Shown piece by piece: positions 44,630 through 55,018 of a DNA stretch of 64,000 bases. The stretch is from contig OZ242372.1 of NCBI GenBank assembly GCA_965209035.1, positions 2,080,001 through 2,144,000 of the forward strand. Reading direction: 5' to 3'. The notes beneath the pieces were generated by a model, which searched no databases, was not told where the DNA came from, and saw only the letters and a list, made by a program, of their open reading frames with translations. This stretch comes from Gammaproteobacteria bacterium. GTDB lineage: Bacteria; Pseudomonadota; Gammaproteobacteria; CBDBNL01; JAAOII01. The position numbers and the translations under genes were made by a program. Positions within the stretch are counted from its first letter, which is position 1. Each line of letters begins with the position of its first letter.

Positions 44630-45556
44630 GTGAAAGTGGTTCATATCCGGGGCGGACTTGGTAATCAATTGTTTCAGTACGCGTTTGCTTGTTATGTGCG
44701 ACAAAGAATATCCAAACGAGTGAGGCTATATTGGACGGAGTCTCCCGCCTGTCCGCGAAACCTTTGGATGAATAATCTTCCCATCACCCTGCAATTTTTG
44801 TCCGGTGCCCAGAAAAGATTTTTTTATAGAAAAAGTGTCGGGAAAAGTAAATGGTATTATCCGCTCCTTCGCCGTCAAGAATACGAAGAGGTAATAGAAG
44901 ATCCGTCATTGCCTCTGGAACAGCAAGTTTATCTTAACGGGAAAAACATTTTTTATAAAGGTTATTGGCAAAGTGCGGGCATAGTAAATAGTGTGCGTGA
45001 TGTTTTGCTAAGAGAATTGCAACCGTTTCCCAAACTCAGTGCGGAAAGCCAAAAACTTGCCGCTAAGATTAGTGCTTGCGGTGTGACGACGGCTGTTCAT
45101 TTGCGAACCGCTTGGAAAGATGGCATGGATATTACCGATAGTAAAAAAAAAATATACTTCCAACATTCCCAAACTTCTTTGTCACGCAATTATTATGTCA
45201 ATGCCATTAATCATATCAAAGATTTCTGTGGTTCAAGCACATTTTTTGTATTTGCGGATGATCCGGCTGCGGCAAAGTCGGTACTATCCGGCATAGACTT
45301 TCCGGGTGATGTGTTCTATTTGTCACATCATCAGCGTTCGGATTGGGAAGATCTGTTTCTCATGCAATTATGCCAAAACTTTATCCTTTCTAACTCCAGT
45401 TTTTCTTGGTGGGGGCATTGGTTTTCATATGCACTAAATCCTTATCGGAAATCTTTGGTGATCATGCCGGAAAATTGGATGGGATATGGCACGGACAGAA
45501 GTCGCAGTTTGCGATTGCAGACACATGATCAAGTACTATTAATATCCGATAGTTAA
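44630..45556 (+). CDS. Alpha-1,2-fucosyltransferase-like glycosyltransferase (GT11)
   Basis: GGLGNQLFQYA, GYWQS, AVHLR, FVFADD, NSSFSWWG. Confidence 0.92.
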   Translation: MKVVHIRGGLGNQLFQYAFACYVRQRISKRVRLYWTESPACPRNLWMNNLPITLQFLSGAQKRFFYRKSVGKSKWYYPLLRRQEYEEVIEDPSLPLEQQVYLNGKNIFYKGYWQSAGIVNSVRDVLLRELQPFPKLSAESQKLAAKISACGVTTAVHLRTAWKDGMDITDSKKKIYFQHSQTSLSRNYYVNAINHIKDFCGSSTFFVFADDPAAAKSVLSGIDFPGDVFYLSHHQRSDWEDLFLMQLCQNFILSNSSFSWWGHWFSYALNPYRKSLVIMPENWMGYGTDRSRSLRLQTHDQVLLISDS

Positions 45557-45566
45557 TTAAATAAAA

Positions 45567-45772
45567 ATGCAAGTTCCCCAAAGTCAGTGTTGTTATGGCG
45601 ACCTATAATCGTTTTGATATTGTCTCAAAAGTTTCCGAAGTCAAGATAGAAATATTCTATTTTGTGAGAAGATGCCCGTAATGCCGAGATTAACCTCTTT
45701 GATGAAAACCGGGATATACCCGGGAAAAGCGCGTATAGAAAATAAAAATGATATCTTAAGAATCAGCCTATA
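45567..45772 (+). pseudogene. Mosaic scar: GT2 5' remnant (45567-~45631) plus FkbM-fusion 3' remnants (~45649-45772)
   Basis: …PKVSVVMATYNR-encoding DNA like 47162; then aaatattct…gcccgtaatgccgagattaac…aaaccgg like 43761-43825 and …tagaaaataaaaatgatatcttaagaatca like 44217-44247. Confidence 0.8.
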
Positions 45773-45814
45773 ACGATTAAAATGTATATTTTCAGATTAA
45801 TATAAAAAACGAAT

Positions 45815-46939
45815 ATGAAAGCAAACAGATATCTTTGCTATGTTTCTCGTCCTCCTCGCTATAAAAAAAGTATCGCCGAACTTTTCAAGGGCAACCCAAG
45901 GCATCTTATTGAAAACTTCCGCTTAAGAAAGTTGTATTTTTTTGGCTTTAGATATCCCGGGAGATACTCATCTTTATTGATGAAATATGTAACTTTTGAT
46001 GCCGGTATAGATCACCTTACATACAATTTAAAGGGCTTGTTGTTAGAGGCTTTTTATTTAAATGCGACTGCAATGATTTTTCCCATTAGGATATCGCCGG
46101 CTCATAACTTTGGTAAAACTATAAACAATTCCGTGGAAGAATACTATAACCTGTCAAAGTCTTATATCACAATAACAAGAGGAAAAAGAAAAAAATTAAG
46201 CTACATTAGTCTAAAGAACCTATCACAAATACGAGGGCGTTACCGTGTTCGTGTGTTTGATATAAAAAAGGGGGCAGTCCCAAAAGAAATTAATGAAAAC
46301 ACGATAATTATTCGATATTTGGATCCGGCTTATCTTACTGTGAGAGTCACTCACAGATTACAAAAGGATTATCCGGCCAAAGTTTTATATCGAAAATCCT
46401 CGGTATACCGCAAAGCGTCAGTGAACCTAAAATTTTCCGATCAGGTGGTTAGTGACGCTTGGAAAGTGTCTGCCAACCTTGGAAAATATTATTGTCTGAT
46501 GTGTCGTTTTCCTTGGGATGAATACGGACCTTTTAGCATGTCCAGGTTGAAAAAATATGTCAATGATTACTATTTAAGATACCCTCGTTATCGGCCAATG
46601 TGTGATATGATACGGCATTTTTTATCCGCGGAAGATCTTAGGCAACGGTTGTTAGAGATATTTCCGCAAGGCAGTAAGTTATACATAGCCTCCAATCTTT
46701 GGCAGCCCTACGAAGAAGAACATTTTCGTCCGTTGGCTTCTTCATTCAAGATTTACTTTAGTTATGATTTTCCTGAAATTGCATCGATGGGTTTGCGAGA
46801 AAACCCCGATACATCAAAACTAAAACTTATTGAGAAACTTTTAGTAAAAGATAGTATTGATCATTTGGCGATAACCTATTTACACATTAAGTTTTTTGAC
46901 AAAGATTTATTTAATCGTTTTAAACTCAACGCGAACTAA
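45815..46939 (+). CDS. Hypothetical protein, possible O-fucosyltransferase-like glycosyltransferase
   Basis: 374-aa ORF in glycan locus; AGIDHL…EAFYLNATAMIFP and LYIASN loosely echo O-FucT motifs. Confidence 0.5.
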   Translation: MKANRYLCYVSRPPRYKKSIAELFKGNPRHLIENFRLRKLYFFGFRYPGRYSSLLMKYVTFDAGIDHLTYNLKGLLLEAFYLNATAMIFPIRISPAHNFGKTINNSVEEYYNLSKSYITITRGKRKKLSYISLKNLSQIRGRYRVRVFDIKKGAVPKEINENTIIIRYLDPAYLTVRVTHRLQKDYPAKVLYRKSSVYRKASVNLKFSDQVVSDAWKVSANLGKYYCLMCRFPWDEYGPFSMSRLKKYVNDYYLRYPRYRPMCDMIRHFLSAEDLRQRLLEIFPQGSKLYIASNLWQPYEEEHFRPLASSFKIYFSYDFPEIASMGLRENPDTSKLKLIEKLLVKDSIDHLAITYLHIKFFDKDLFNRFKLNAN

Positions 46940-46994
46940 AGAATATAAGTATTTTTGTTTAAATCAGTATCTCAACCCGGGCAGGTAACATGTT

Positions 46995-47145
46995 TATTAT
47001 GATGGTTATTGGCAACACGCAAGCATAGTCAATAGTGTGCGGGTTCATAGTGATCATGCTTGAGTATTGGAATACATGGTGCGAACAGAATAATCTGCCC
47101 GCAATTGCGGATACATGATAAAGTACTACTAATATCTCATAAATA
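46995..47145 (+). pseudogene. Internally deleted remnant of the GT11 gene
   Basis: ggttattggcaa…gcatagtcaatagtgtgcg matches 44960-44998; gtgatcatgc…acatgataaagtactactaatatc matches 45458-45546. Confidence 0.8.
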
Positions 47146-47161
47146 ATCGATCAAATAAAAG

Positions 47162-48283
47162 ATGCAAGAAAACCTTCCCAAGATCAGTGTTGTGATGGCG
47201 ACTTATAACCGCGCGGATACTGTCCCAAGAGCAATTGAAAGTATTCTCAATCAAACTTTTAAAGATTTTGAATTCATTATTGTCAATGATGGTTCCGCGG
47301 ACGAGACACAAACTATTTTGGAGTCTTATACTCAAAGAGACCGCCGCGTTAAAATTGTTGTTCAAAAAAACGAAGGACCGGCAAGAGCGCGAAATCACGG
47401 GGTGCAACATGCCAAAGGAAAATACATCGCCTTCATGGACGATGACGATTTGTCTTTGCCGGCGAGATTGGACGAACAATATAAGTTATTGGAAGAACAC
47501 GCCGGAATAATAGATGCCTGTGTTTGTTACTATAAAGCGGTTATTAAAGATAAAAAGAATTCGAGAGGTGATGAGACGGTCAAAAAAGAGAGGAGGCCCA
47601 ATCCCGAGAAGATGAAATACTCCCAAGGGTCCTTAAAAAAATTGCCGGTTCAATTATTTTCTTTATCGCCTATGACGATGCTCACCAGGTCTGTTTTTGT
47701 TAAGAGTGGCGGGTATAGGCCGTTTTTTGAATATGGGGAAGATTTGGATTTCACCTTGCGCTTCCGAGAAAGGTATCGTGCCGGTGTTGTTCGCGAGTGT
47801 TTGTATGAGTATACATCGCCTTTTTACAATTTTGCTAATAACATGACGACCTCATCTCGCCGCCCCCCCCTTAGAGGAATAAAATATATTATGGCTGCCT
47901 ATGTCAGTGCCTGGTATCGTAGCAACCGGGGGACAGATCCGATTAATGAAGCAAGTACTCTTGAAGATGTTATCGGTATGAATACAATTGGTAGTATCCC
48001 CGCTGATATTCGGCGTCATATTTTTCTTAAATGCATAAAACTTGAGATGAGAGTTTTTTTCTCCGACCCACATCTTTCGTATGCATCGGTCATTACTCTT
48101 ATTCGTTTTCTTCAACGCTGGGATAGAAAAAGGGCCTTACAAATTTTGTATAAAAAAAAACTAATGGTTTTTCGCAGCCTTTTGAAAAGAGGAAAAATTT
48201 TTGATGCATTCCGCTTATGTGGTTTTGGTTTGATGGAATTATTTTTACCACAGGGTGAAAAAAAACACAGTGATGCGATATGA
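47162..48283 (+). CDS. Glycosyltransferase family 2
   Basis: ISVVMATYNR, VNDGSAD, ARARNHG, IAFMDDDD, GEDLDF. Confidence 0.93.
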   Translation: MQENLPKISVVMATYNRADTVPRAIESILNQTFKDFEFIIVNDGSADETQTILESYTQRDRRVKIVVQKNEGPARARNHGVQHAKGKYIAFMDDDDLSLPARLDEQYKLLEEHAGIIDACVCYYKAVIKDKKNSRGDETVKKERRPNPEKMKYSQGSLKKLPVQLFSLSPMTMLTRSVFVKSGGYRPFFEYGEDLDFTLRFRERYRAGVVRECLYEYTSPFYNFANNMTTSSRRPPLRGIKYIMAAYVSAWYRSNRGTDPINEASTLEDVIGMNTIGSIPADIRRHIFLKCIKLEMRVFFSDPHLSYASVITLIRFLQRWDRKRALQILYKKKLMVFRSLLKRGKIFDAFRLCGFGLMELFLPQGEKKHSDAI

Positions 48284-48318
48284 ACAAGGTTTGTTATAAA
48301 AAATAGCAGTTAATCTGA

Positions 48319-49425
48319 TTGATGATGACAAAGCAAGCTGCTTCTCCACAAATTAGTGTGGTGATGCCGACTTATAATCGTGCCGATACCGTTTCGCGAG
48401 CAATTGACAGCATACTTAATCAAACCTGCAAAGATTTTGAGTTGATTGTTGTTAATGACGGTTCCACGGACGGAACACAAACTATTTTGGAGTCCTATGC
48501 TCAAAAAGACCCGCGTATCAAAATTGTTGTTCAAAAAAATGGAGGGTCGGCAAGAGCCCGTAATCATGGGGTGCAACATGCCAAAGGCGAATATATTGCT
48601 TTTATGGATGATGATGACATTTCCACTCCCGAGCGTTTGGAAAAACAACTGGCTTGTCTTATGCAAGCACCTTGTTATAAAGCATGTGTTTGTGTGACAA
48701 CAAAACGAGGGGTGGTCGCACAAAGAGAAAAGAACAGAGTTCAGGGGCCGTGGCCGGTCCAAAAAGATAAGTTAAATTTCCCGCTGTTTATTTTGGACGC
48801 AACCATGTTAATAGAAAAAAAAGCATTTGAAACTTGCGGAGGATATAATCCACATTTTGTGGTGAAAGAAGATACGGAGTTTACATTGCAGTTTTTAAAA
48901 AAATATTCTGCGATTGCGCTAAAAGATAGTTTTTATATCGTCACGGATAGGGGTGATGGTAAAGATAGCAGATATTCTTTTTTGAGTTGTGTTTATCGAG
49001 TATCGGCCTATATTCATATCGATTCTACTTATAAAAGTTCGTATGCAAAAGAGGATGTATTTTCTTGGGGCACGATTTTAACAGAACTACCCAATATGTC
49101 ATGCCAAAAAAGAAAACAATTATTTAAAAAATGTGTTTCCGGTAGAAAAATTAGGAATAAAATATATGAAGTATCTCCGGAAATATTGCCCGCAAGTTAT
49201 ATTTTTTTCTTATTTTTTCTTCGTCAATTTAGAATTTATAAAGCATTTTGGATGTTTAATAAATTGAAGTTTCTTTGTTTATTGTATTTTTGGAGGCAAA
49301 AAGATTTTAGAACATTGTCCTTGATATGGTCCTTACATTATTTTAGTGATTTTCGATGGAGTCCCCCCAATTTTATTAATGGACCGTTCAACGAACCAAT
49401 TTTTGATAAAAAGAATAAGCGTTAG
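48319..49425 (+). CDS. Glycosyltransferase family 2 (paralog, N-domain highly similar to 47162)
   Basis: ISVVMPTYNR, VNDGSTD, IAFMDDDD, KEDTEF. Confidence 0.93.
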   Translation: MMMTKQAASPQISVVMPTYNRADTVSRAIDSILNQTCKDFELIVVNDGSTDGTQTILESYAQKDPRIKIVVQKNGGSARARNHGVQHAKGEYIAFMDDDDISTPERLEKQLACLMQAPCYKACVCVTTKRGVVAQREKNRVQGPWPVQKDKLNFPLFILDATMLIEKKAFETCGGYNPHFVVKEDTEFTLQFLKKYSAIALKDSFYIVTDRGDGKDSRYSFLSCVYRVSAYIHIDSTYKSSYAKEDVFSWGTILTELPNMSCQKRKQLFKKCVSGRKIRNKIYEVSPEILPASYIFFLFFLRQFRIYKAFWMFNKLKFLCLLYFWRQKDFRTLSLIWSLHYFSDFRWSPPNFINGPFNEPIFDKKNKR

Positions 49426-49479
49426 CTCTCAAATGTGACAACAAAATGTATACTGAAATTGTACCGTATTGTTTCAAAC

Positions 49480-49825
49480 ATCTGCCATATCCAAAGAGAT
49501 GCAAATTTCACTTCAATTACAGAAATGAAAGATTTTTATCAAAGAGTGTCAGAATTATTGAGGGAAGGGCATCTTAACTTGTTTTGACCTTTGAATAATT
49601 TAGTCGTCCGGAAAATCAATTTGCGCCCAATCGAAATTTTTGTATTTGGTGTGGAGAATTATTATTGCATTCCCGGAAGACCCGTTGTTTCAAAAAATAA
49701 ATTGAGAGTTGGATTGCAAGGGCAGATAAAAATAAGGCCTTATTTGAGTGAGAAATATCTGCCGGCAGTGGATAAGTGCTTGCAAAATACCATGGAGCGT
49801 GTTCCCGGGTGTACCGCCTATTTAA
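49480..49825 (+). pseudogene. Eroded remnant of a KpsS-like gene
   Basis: VENYYCIPGRPVVSKNK…GQIKIRPYLSEKYLPAVD…VPGCTAY parallels the C-terminus of 50021-51268. Confidence 0.8.
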
Positions 49826-50020
49826 AGATAAGATTTTCTTACTTTGAAATTTTTTGCCAAAACCTTTGTAAAATGAGGATATTTGGATAGTTTTAATACA
49901 AATTAATTGCAGCTCTTCAGTGTTGTTCCATTCTACAAGTAAGCTTGTCGAGAGTTAATAAATGTATATTCTTATTAAGTCTGACACTTTTGACGGTTGC
50001 ATAGAAAAATCCGGTAAAAG

Positions 50021-51268
50021 ATGAACTTCGGTCACCGCAAACTCCGCAGTGATTATGATATCTTGCTTTTTACCGGTGGTCGCTCCAATAGAATTTATCC
50101 TTATTTTCAAAAATTGGCTTCTCATAGTCGCCACAAGATAAGAGTGCTCGCTTTATGGGATTTGCCTTGGTTTTATGTTCCCAATTGGAAAAGTATTCCT
50201 TGCGGTGAACTGAGTCATCTCGTTAAACTACGCATGATTGCCACATCCGTAAAACATGGAACTTTTTATGGGAAATGGTTTATTTTGCAGAGACTAAGAT
50301 TTGCGGAGGGCTGCCTCTTGTGGATTCTCTATGATAATTATCTTAGAAGACATCCTTCCAATCTCATTGGCGTATGGAATGGGGTTGGTTTTCGTTCCAA
50401 AATTCTTGTGATGGTGGCGCATCGTCTTAAGAGACGAGTTATTTACTTTGAAAACGGTATCTTGCCAAACAGCACAACCCTGGACGACTCAGGAGTGAAT
50501 GCCCGTTGCTGTCTGCCCCAAGATGCTAATTTCTATATGAGTAGAAAAACGAGCCGGAGTTTAGTTGCCCAAAATATAACAAATAGGCATGCGGATGTTA
50601 CGCCAGATCTTCCCAAACGCTATGTGTTTATCCCGTTTCAAGGAGAGGCGGACTTTCAGTTACTTTTGCATTCCAAATGGATCAGGACAATGAAAGAATT
50701 TTTGGCAGTGCTCCGACAAACTGTTCCTTTGCTTAAGGATGACAAGATGCAATTTGTAATTAAACGCCACCCGAAAGCCGTTATAACCAAGCATCTTGTC
50801 GATTTTTATGATCAACAAAAAAACTTAAAGAATATTTGCTTCCGTAATTCTTGCTCGACAGAAACTTTAATTCGTCAGTCTTTGGCTGTGATAACGATTA
50901 ATTCTATGGTTGGCATGCAGGCAATTGCTATGGGCAAACCTGTAATTACTTTGGAAGCAGCATGCTATTCTATCCAAGGACTTGCAAGTCATGCCGGTAG
51001 CATTAAAGAACTGGCGGATATGTTGAATGCTATGCCTGATCGCAAGGACAACACGCGGCTAAGAGAGAGATTTTTGTCTTATGTGGAGAGTTGTTATTGC
51101 ATCCCGGAAGCCCCGATTGTTCCAAAAAATAAGTTTTCGTTTGGATTAAAAAAACAAATAAAAATAAAATCTTATCCGAGCGAAAAACATTGGCAAGCGG
51201 TTGATGAACGCTTGGGCAAGATGATTAATGGGGCTTCTTGGTTACCGGGTGTTCCGTCTGCTTATTAG
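50021..51268 (+). CDS. KpsS-like capsular polysaccharide biosynthesis protein
   Basis: VWNG, FENGILP, TLDDSGVNA, FIPFQ…D, IKRHP, VITINSMVG. Confidence 0.88.
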   Translation: MNFGHRKLRSDYDILLFTGGRSNRIYPYFQKLASHSRHKIRVLALWDLPWFYVPNWKSIPCGELSHLVKLRMIATSVKHGTFYGKWFILQRLRFAEGCLLWILYDNYLRRHPSNLIGVWNGVGFRSKILVMVAHRLKRRVIYFENGILPNSTTLDDSGVNARCCLPQDANFYMSRKTSRSLVAQNITNRHADVTPDLPKRYVFIPFQGEADFQLLLHSKWIRTMKEFLAVLRQTVPLLKDDKMQFVIKRHPKAVITKHLVDFYDQQKNLKNICFRNSCSTETLIRQSLAVITINSMVGMQAIAMGKPVITLEAACYSIQGLASHAGSIKELADMLNAMPDRKDNTRLRERFLSYVESCYCIPEAPIVPKNKFSFGLKKQIKIKSYPSEKHWQAVDERLGKMINGASWLPGVPSAY

Positions 51269-52189
51269 ATGCTACTTTTTTCCTCTTTGGCATACATCCG
51301 CGGCAGGCTGGCTCCCCCGCCTAAAAAACCTTCTTTGGTGATGACAATTCTGGTGCGCAACGAAGCGGATATCATCGCGGATAATATTCTTTTTCATAGT
51401 AAGCAAGGCGTAGATGCTTTTATAGTGGGAGATAATGCATCCAATGATGGAACGCGCGAGAAGGTCGCCACATTGGCCAAAAACTTGCCAATTCAAATTG
51501 TAGATTTACCTGATGGTCAGTATCGACAAACACTTTGGCGAACACAAATGGCACATCTGGCCTACCGCCGGTTTAATGCTTGGTGGGTAATTAGTAATGA
51601 TGCGGATGAGTTTTACTTTGCTCGCAGCGGAAATATTAAGCAAGAATTGAATTGGAAACTGCCGGCAATCCGCATTAAGCGTTTTAATATGCTGCGGGGT
51701 AAGGACGACGCATCTTATTATCTTAGTCGGTGGCGCGTATCTGAAACAATTCCTTATATCAATGATGTTCAAAAAGGAACCGGCAAAATATCGTTAGTCT
51801 TGGTAAAAATAGGTCCTAAGATTATTGTGAATCCGCGCGGGTTAATTGCAGTCCGCGGTGGTAATCACAGAGCGCATCATCTATTTTCTCGTAAAATTCC
51901 TCCAGTTGCCGAAAACATACATATATATCACTTTCCACAGCGCAGTTACGAAGAGTTTTTACGCAATGCGGAGCAAAGAGCCAAACTTCTTGCTTCTGAT
52001 CCGAAGACAAGTATGGGTATGCATAATATTCGCTGGGTAAAATTACTGAAAGAAGGAAGATTAAAAGAGGAATATCAAAATCTTATTTATAGCGATGTCG
52101 AAGCCCGCATATTGGAAAGACTCGGTTTTGTAGTTGAGGATAATCGTTTTGCCGAACGCTTTGTATCTCTTGGCCTTAATGCTTCTTAG
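51269..52189 (+). CDS. Glycosyltransferase family 2-like protein
   Basis: VRNEADII, DNASNDGT, WVISNDADEF, GGNH, HFPQRS. Confidence 0.88.
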   Translation: MLLFSSLAYIRGRLAPPPKKPSLVMTILVRNEADIIADNILFHSKQGVDAFIVGDNASNDGTREKVATLAKNLPIQIVDLPDGQYRQTLWRTQMAHLAYRRFNAWWVISNDADEFYFARSGNIKQELNWKLPAIRIKRFNMLRGKDDASYYLSRWRVSETIPYINDVQKGTGKISLVLVKIGPKIIVNPRGLIAVRGGNHRAHHLFSRKIPPVAENIHIYHFPQRSYEEFLRNAEQRAKLLASDPKTSMGMHNIRWVKLLKEGRLKEEYQNLIYSDVEARILERLGFVVEDNRFAERFVSLGLNAS

Positions 52190-52192
52190 TCT

Positions 52193-53413
52193 GTGACTAA
52201 TCCCGGCCCCGTAGATTTTTTCAATACCAAACGGCCGGCTATTTTAATCTTTACACACGGCCGCTCATTGGAAATTATTTCTTATTTGCGGGCATTAGCT
52301 GCGAATAGTCAACTTAATGTGACTGTGGCAAATTTTAACCCACTGACAACGCTTGTATCCCGGCAATTTATAGGCACACTTATACGCACATGGAAAAAAA
52401 TTCCGAAAGAGGAATTGGTCTGCCTTGTCAAGAAAAGAATTGGGGATCTTGATAGAAGGCGGAATATAAACCACCCAATCTTGCTAAAAAAATATTATTT
52501 TCTAACCCAAATATTAAGATCCTTTATTTTGTGGATGTCGTATTTTCATTATTTACGTGTTCATCCTTATGCGATGCTTGGCGTATGGAATGGAACCAAG
52601 TTTGAAGATATTATTTTGCGTATGGTAGCAAACTACATCGGCTTGCGAATGGTCTGTTTTGAACACGGGATTTTACCCAATACAACCACTTTGGATGACC
52701 GGGGGATTAATGATTCCAATAGTTTGCCGCAAAACCCTCGATATTACCTCAAACACTCCGCCGCATCTGTGCGGCTTCCTACCGGTCTGCAGACTCGCAC
52801 GGGCGGAAAAAGAGAAATAACTTCTTTCCCCTTGCCTTCGAATTATATTTTTGTCCCTTTTCAAATTAACGGGGACTCACAAATTTTGGACCATTCGCCT
52901 TGGATTAAAAACATGCAACACTTCTTTTTTGTACTTCGCTCGGTCATGCGACAAGCTGACGATAAGAATCTGTACTGCATCATTAAACAACATCCGCAAT
53001 GCTCGCGTAATTATTCCAAACTGCATACTATCGCGAAACAGGAAAAACAGATACTGTTTTCCGATCATTCCACGGAGGAATTAATAAAGAAGGCAAAAGT
53101 GGTTGTTACGATTAATTCCACTGTGGGTATGGAGGCTCTTTTGTTTGTCCAAAAGGTCATTACACTCGGTCATACTTACTATAATTTACCCGATTTGGTG
53201 AGGCACGCGGATACGCGAAATGAATTATTGATTGCTATCAATAACATCGCCAAATGGAGGCCAAACGAGAGATTACGAAAGGCTTTTTTGGATTACGTGT
53301 ACAGGTATTATTGTATCCCGGAAGACTGGCATCATCCTTCCGCCAAACACTTTCGGGCAATCGACAGAAGGCTTGAGAAGATGCTTAAGCGGGAAACATG
53401 GTTACCCCTATAA
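52193..53413 (+). CDS. KpsS-like capsular polysaccharide biosynthesis protein (paralog)
   Basis: VWNG, FEHGILP, FVPFQ…DSQ, KQHP, VTINSTVGMEA. Confidence 0.88.
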   Translation: MTNPGPVDFFNTKRPAILIFTHGRSLEIISYLRALAANSQLNVTVANFNPLTTLVSRQFIGTLIRTWKKIPKEELVCLVKKRIGDLDRRRNINHPILLKKYYFLTQILRSFILWMSYFHYLRVHPYAMLGVWNGTKFEDIILRMVANYIGLRMVCFEHGILPNTTTLDDRGINDSNSLPQNPRYYLKHSAASVRLPTGLQTRTGGKREITSFPLPSNYIFVPFQINGDSQILDHSPWIKNMQHFFFVLRSVMRQADDKNLYCIIKQHPQCSRNYSKLHTIAKQEKQILFSDHSTEELIKKAKVVVTINSTVGMEALLFVQKVITLGHTYYNLPDLVRHADTRNELLIAINNIAKWRPNERLRKAFLDYVYRYYCIPEDWHHPSAKHFRAIDRRLEKMLKRETWLPL

Positions 53414-53614
53414 GAGAATATGATCGTTTGTTACCCGAATATCCGGTTCGGAAGCTTATATCCGCGGGGGCATTCTCGGAAAGATTTAAAATTTAAGAAC
53501 AGGGGAGGGAATATGTGGAACGAGGTCCTTGTAAAATTGTTGTAAAATATTTGTGAACCGGTTGGAAAAAACCGGATAGAGAGCACAAGCGAGGACAATA
53601 AAAAATAAGAACAA

Positions 53615-54565
53615 ATGATTCACCAAAGAACTCTGCGACAAAGCATTAAAGCAGCCGGCATCGGCTTGCACACGGGGAAGCATATCAATATGGAAATTCA
53701 TCCCGCACCGGAAGATACGGGAATTGTGTTTCGCCGAACGGACATGGACCCCGTGATAGAAATCAAAGCAAGCGCCCTTAATGTGAACCGAACGGTTCTT
53801 TCCACCGAAATCAGTCACTCCGGTGTATCGGTTTGTACCATAGAGCATTTGGTATCCGCCTTTGCGGGAATGAGCATAGATAATGCGTATATTGATGTGG
53901 ATCAGCAAGAGGTTCCGGTAATGGACGGCAGTGCTTCCAGTTATGTTTTTCTTCTGCAGTCAGCGGGAACTCGCGAACAAAACAAACCCAAAAAGTACAT
54001 CCGTATTTTGAAACGAACCGTATATCAACAGGATGACAAGATGGGCGAATTTTTACCTTACGAAGGCTATCGGATCCATTGTGCGATTCATTTTTCGCAT
54101 CCGTATTTCAAGGACAAAGATTACGAGATCAGTTTGGACTTTTCCGGGACTTCTTTTGTTAAGGAGATTAGTCGGGCGCGCACCTTTGGTTTTCTAAAAG
54201 ACATCCACGAATTACAAAAAAATAATTTGGCTTTGGGTGGCAATATGAACAACGCGGTTGTTTTGGGCGACACCGATATTCTCAATGCGGAGGGACTTCG
54301 TCATCCCAAGGAACTTGTGCTTCATAAGGCGTTGGATGCGATAGGGGATCTTTACTTGATAGGATACAACATCATTGGTGAATTTCGCGGTTATAAGTCC
54401 GGCCATCACATTAACAATCAATTGATTCGCAAACTCCTTGAAAATCAGGACAATTTCCGTATAGAAGAATTCCAAGACATCCAAGAATTGCCGCCGAATT
54501 ATCGTCGGTTACAATCGGATTTGGATCATGTCGACAAGCAATCGCATGTCGCGAGTCCCGGTTAA
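53615..54565 (+). CDS. lpxC: UDP-3-O-acyl-GlcNAc deacetylase
   Basis: QRTL…GIGLHTG, TIEHL, MDGSA, ARTFGF, HKALDAIGDL, KSGH. Confidence 0.97.
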   Translation: MIHQRTLRQSIKAAGIGLHTGKHINMEIHPAPEDTGIVFRRTDMDPVIEIKASALNVNRTVLSTEISHSGVSVCTIEHLVSAFAGMSIDNAYIDVDQQEVPVMDGSASSYVFLLQSAGTREQNKPKKYIRILKRTVYQQDDKMGEFLPYEGYRIHCAIHFSHPYFKDKDYEISLDFSGTSFVKEISRARTFGFLKDIHELQKNNLALGGNMNNAVVLGDTDILNAEGLRHPKELVLHKALDAIGDLYLIGYNIIGEFRGYKSGHHINNQLIRKLLENQDNFRIEEFQDIQELPPNYRRLQSDLDHVDKQSHVASPG

Positions 54566-54592
54566 AATTCTTGCAAGGGGGAAAGATCTAAA

Positions 54593-55018
54593 ATGTTGTA
54601 TTTATATCTAAAGGTCCTGCATATGATTGCGATCGTGATTTGGTTTGCCTCTTTATTTTACTTGCCGCGCCTCTTTGTGTATCATGCCAAGGCCGAAGAG
54701 GCGAATGTTCGCGCAACACTGGCGCAAATGGCCAACCGCCTTTATCGGATCATTATGAATACGGGGGTGGCTGCGGTTTTTATCACCGGGTTTGCCGTGT
54801 TGTGGACTCACCCGGCAGTTTTTTCGCAAGGCTGGTTTCAGGTCAAGTTTGTGTTGGTGTTAGGTCTCTTGGCATACCATGTTGTTTGCGGCAGAATTGT
54901 CCGCGGTCTTTCCGCCGAAAAGAGTACCCGGACAGAGTTGTTTTATCGTTGGTTTAACGAGATCCCGTCCGTGTTTCTTATTCTCATAGTTTTTCTTGCT
55001 GTCGTAAAACCCTTCTGA
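54593..55018 (+). CDS. hemJ: Protoporphyrinogen IX oxidase HemJ
   Basis: KVLH…WFASLFYLPRLFVYH, RWFNEIP, VVKPF. Confidence 0.93.
   Translation: MLYLYLKVLHMIAIVIWFASLFYLPRLFVYHAKAEEANVRATLAQMANRLYRIIMNTGVAAVFITGFAVLWTHPAVFSQGWFQVKFVLVLGLLAYHVVCGRIVRGLSAEKSTRTELFYRWFNEIPSVFLILIVFLAVVKPF

Noticed and set aside
44210-45980. Near-identical repeat pairs (also the accD copies) as DGR template/variable repeats
   Set aside because: No reverse transcriptase in the window; mismatches are not adenine-specific and the pairs cover 5' gene ends.
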